A stretch of DNA of 64,000 nt from Antedon mediterranea (Eukaryota > Animalia > Echinodermata): NCBI RefSeq assembly GCF_964355755.1, contig NC_092675.1:21734912-21798911 (forward strand). Reading direction: 5' to 3'. The notes under the pieces were generated by a model, which saw only the letters and a list, made by a program, of their open reading frames with translations, was not told the DNA's origin and did no database searches. The translations under genes and the position numbers were made by a program. This document shows, in pieces, positions 60,839 to 64,000 of this stretch; position 1 is the first letter of the stretch; each line of letters opens with the position of its first letter.

Positions 60839-63800
60839 ATTCAATTCAATTCAATTCACATTTATTTACTCATCGTTTATAAACACAGTTTCATAGCATA
60901 AATGATGGCAAGGATCCTGCATAGAGAAGTTTACACTTCTGTTTTTGCAGGACCCTTTTACATAAGACAATAAACACAACATAATAGATACAAAATAAAA
61001 AAAAAAACATTTCCTATATACAGTTTAGAGTTGTTCATCATCAAAAAGCGATACTGTTTTTCTAACATGATTATTTATACATTTTGTCTTAAAAAAGAAG
61101 ATATTCAGTTTATTACTTCCAGTATACATGTGGATTCTTTCTATATATATTATAGCAAAAGTATGAATACATATAATATAAAACAGGCTTTTTTTTTTTT
61201 TTTTTTCTTTATTCTGATATAAAATCAATAGGATAAATACACAAAAAAGTACCGAGACGGCAAACTTATTTCCATTGTGGTCCTAAACAAATATAACAGA
61301 ATAAACAAGGAAAACCACAATTACTTAAACATAAAACACAAACAAATAGCAAATTAAATTTCTCTTAATCTAAGAATTTCACAAAAATAACCTTTTGATC
61401 TCTGTTTAAATAATTGTAATGAAGAGGAGCTTTGAACAAAATAAAGGAGTGAATTCCATAACTGAATGCTTGTTATTAAGAAAGTTGACCTGTTGTGAGT
61501 TCCTATGGCTGGAATTTGGATCGAAATGCTGTCTCTAGCAAATCTTGTATTGTGATTGTGACGTTGTCTCGTCAGGGTAATTGTATCCAGGTAAGTTGGA
61601 GCACTTTTATTAATTATTTTATACATAATACATAGTTTCCTCTCTTGTCAACTGGCAACCAATTTAAGTTTACAAACTCATGTATACCTATATGAGATCG
61701 TGGTCCTAGGTTCGAAATGCACCTAATAATTTTGTTTTGAGACGTCTGTAGCCTATTTTTAATATATTTATTTGTACACGAGTACCATACACAGCACCCA
61801 TAGTCATAATGACATTGTGTCAGAGAAGATGCAATTAATTTAAGAGCATATTTAGTAATATATTTTTTATTTCTATTAAGAAATTTAAGTATACAATGAA
61901 TTTTATTGATTACTTTCATACCTGTAGTGTACCAGTCAGGTTCTGGTCAACAAGGTATGTGATTGAAGATTTAGCAGTTATTTTTTTATTATTACAGGTA
62001 ATTTTCATTTCTGACTGTTTTCTACACATGGTTTTTGTACCAAATAAAATTGACTCCGTCTTACCAAAATGAAGGGATAATCTATTGTCAGAAAGCCACA
62101 GATTCAGCGCTTGCAATTCATTACTTAGTCTGTTTTCAATATACTCTCGGTCTTTATTTGTGACCAAAAGGGCTGCATCGTCTGCATATAGCAACAACTC
62201 ACAACCAACGGCCGATTCCATGTCGTTGACATATAGCAAAAATAGTAAGGGACCCAGAATAGATCCCTAGGGTACTCCACACTTGACGTCAAGAAATGTT
62301 GATTTAGTACCTTTTATGTCAACAACTTGGGATCTACGGTGGAGGTATGATTGCATCCATGACAGAGATAGACTAGTAAAACCCATGGCCTTTAATTTAT
62401 ACAATAATATGTCGTGGTCTACTGTGTCGAACGCCTTTTGAAGGTCAATTATTATCATACCAGTCATTTTCCCTTTATCCCATCCATTTCTAACAGAATC
62501 CGATAGATGTATTAGACATGTTTCTGTAGAAAATGAAGGTCTAAAACCTGATTGATAGGTATAAAGAAGTGATTGGTCGTTTAAGTAACTCATTAATTGA
62601 TTATACATAATACGTTCTATAATTTTAGACACTGCAGATAGAATAGAAACGGGTCTATAGTTTCCAGCATATAATCGATCTTTCTTTTTGTAAATAGGCA
62701 CTACCTTAGCAGATTTCCAATCAGAAGGGATATAACCGGTTGAAATGGATATATTTATAATATGGCTCAGTGGATGTAAGATGGCCAGAGCCCCATCTTT
62801 GAAAAATCTGGCAGGTAAGGAATCTAAACCCGCACCTTTCTTACTATTTAAGTTGTTTATTATCGTTAGTACGGTTTGTTCATTTACTTCTTTAAAGGCA
62901 AATACACCTTTTTTATCTGCATAGTAATGTTTAACGTGGTTTTCATTGTAAGTATTAGATGAAGGAGGGAGTTTGTTGACTAAATTTTCAGGAGTATTAA
63001 TGAAAAAGGAATTTAAATAGTCAGCAATCGAGCTTTTGTCATAAATTATTTTATCTTCACATTTTAGAGCAATGTTTTCAGATTTATTTTCTGTTCCGGT
63101 ACCTAAACTTGTTAAAACATTCCATAATTTGTTGGGGTTATTTTTATTTTCCTTTAGTTTGTCCGAAAAATAAGATGACTTAGCTCTTTTTATTTTATAT
63201 TTTACAGAATTTCTTAACTTTTTAAAGACAGTAAATATGTGCTCATTACGAGTTCTCTTAAATTTAGCTAAGCATTTATCACGTTTAATGATCAGATATC
63301 TAATTTCTGATGTGAACCAGGGTTTGGAACGTTGTTTAATTCTTATTTCTTTTAAAGGAGCAACTTGGTTGATGGCATTTATCATTTTTAGTTTGAACCA
63401 GTCCCATGCAGTGCAGACATTTGTGCAATTTGTGATATCGGACCAATCTAATTCATTTAATTTAGAAGTAAGTAGTTCTGATGAGAATGATTTCATAGAT
63501 CGTATTTTAATCGTCTTATGCCTCTTAATCGGGATTTTAACTATCTTTCTGGTGCAGTAAGTTATAAAATGATCACTGACACCGTAAGGGATAACTCCGT
63601 ATTGGAAAATGTTAAGAGGTTCGGATGAGAAAATAAGATCTATGATGGTAGAGGTAGTGCAAGTAATACGTGTTGGGTCCTTAATAAGTTGGGTGAGATT
63701 AAACATATTACAAAATTGGGACACCCATTTATTTTTACTTAAATTATTAGATGATACATCTACATTAAAGTCACCTAAAATAATAACTTCTTGACCTTGT

Positions 63801-64000
63801 AAAATATCTCCACAGATTGTCTCAAGTGAGGTAAAAAACGATCGCTGCTTTTCAGGTCGGTAACAGGTTCCGATTAGAATAGGTTTGGTTTTAGGTAATA
63901 GTATATTTATCCATAAAGATTCAATATCATCGTTTTGGAGATCATCTCTCACGTTGTAGGTAAGATCATTTCGTATATAGAGGCATACGCCTCCTCCAAC
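60839..64000 (-). mobile_element. CR1/L2-group LINE with frameshifted ORF2 (APE plus RT) in four pieces; runs off the window end
   Basis: GTCYRP, ILGDFN, VSDH, NYRPVSIL, DLQKAFDTVDH, GVP, LYADD; (TTGAA)n tail near 60839-60859. Confidence 0.93.

Noticed and set aside
28418-63794. Plus-strand ORFs overlapping LINEs (28418, 30263, 33026, 62085, 63237, 63609)
   Set aside because: Antisense to reverse transcriptase coding sequence

Overview
AT-rich animal (probably marine invertebrate) nuclear DNA with GT-AG introns; no prokaryotic features. 270-6933 (+) holds the last 8 coding exons of MELK (kinase C-lobe, UBA, KA1). 10.8-22.2 kb and 44.7-58.9 kb hold a tandem array of three-exon histamine N-methyltransferase-like genes built by nested segmental duplication: 3 intact copies, 3 disrupted copies and 3 orphan exon relics. 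A GT32/DXD glycosyltransferase exon lies at 24.2-25.1 kb (-). Much of the rest is mobile DNA: four CR1/L2-group LINE fragments, Penelope fragments with hammerhead ribozyme cores, a young non-autonomous Gypsy element and two solo LTRs, Helitrons, Helentron-type HINEs, hAT, P, Tc1 and MULE-like MITEs, an Academ-like element, and decayed intron-containing SAM-domain transposon genes. Best candidates for something new: (i) the methyltransferase array, which has a charge-reversed and hypervariable substrate pocket; (ii) non-autonomous DNA elements carrying tRNA cassettes, including a foldback element with two outward-facing tRNA(ATC)-like genes; (iii) many TA to TAGGCCTA micro-insertions visible by comparing paralogous copies. 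All comparisons were done by eye; no database search was run.
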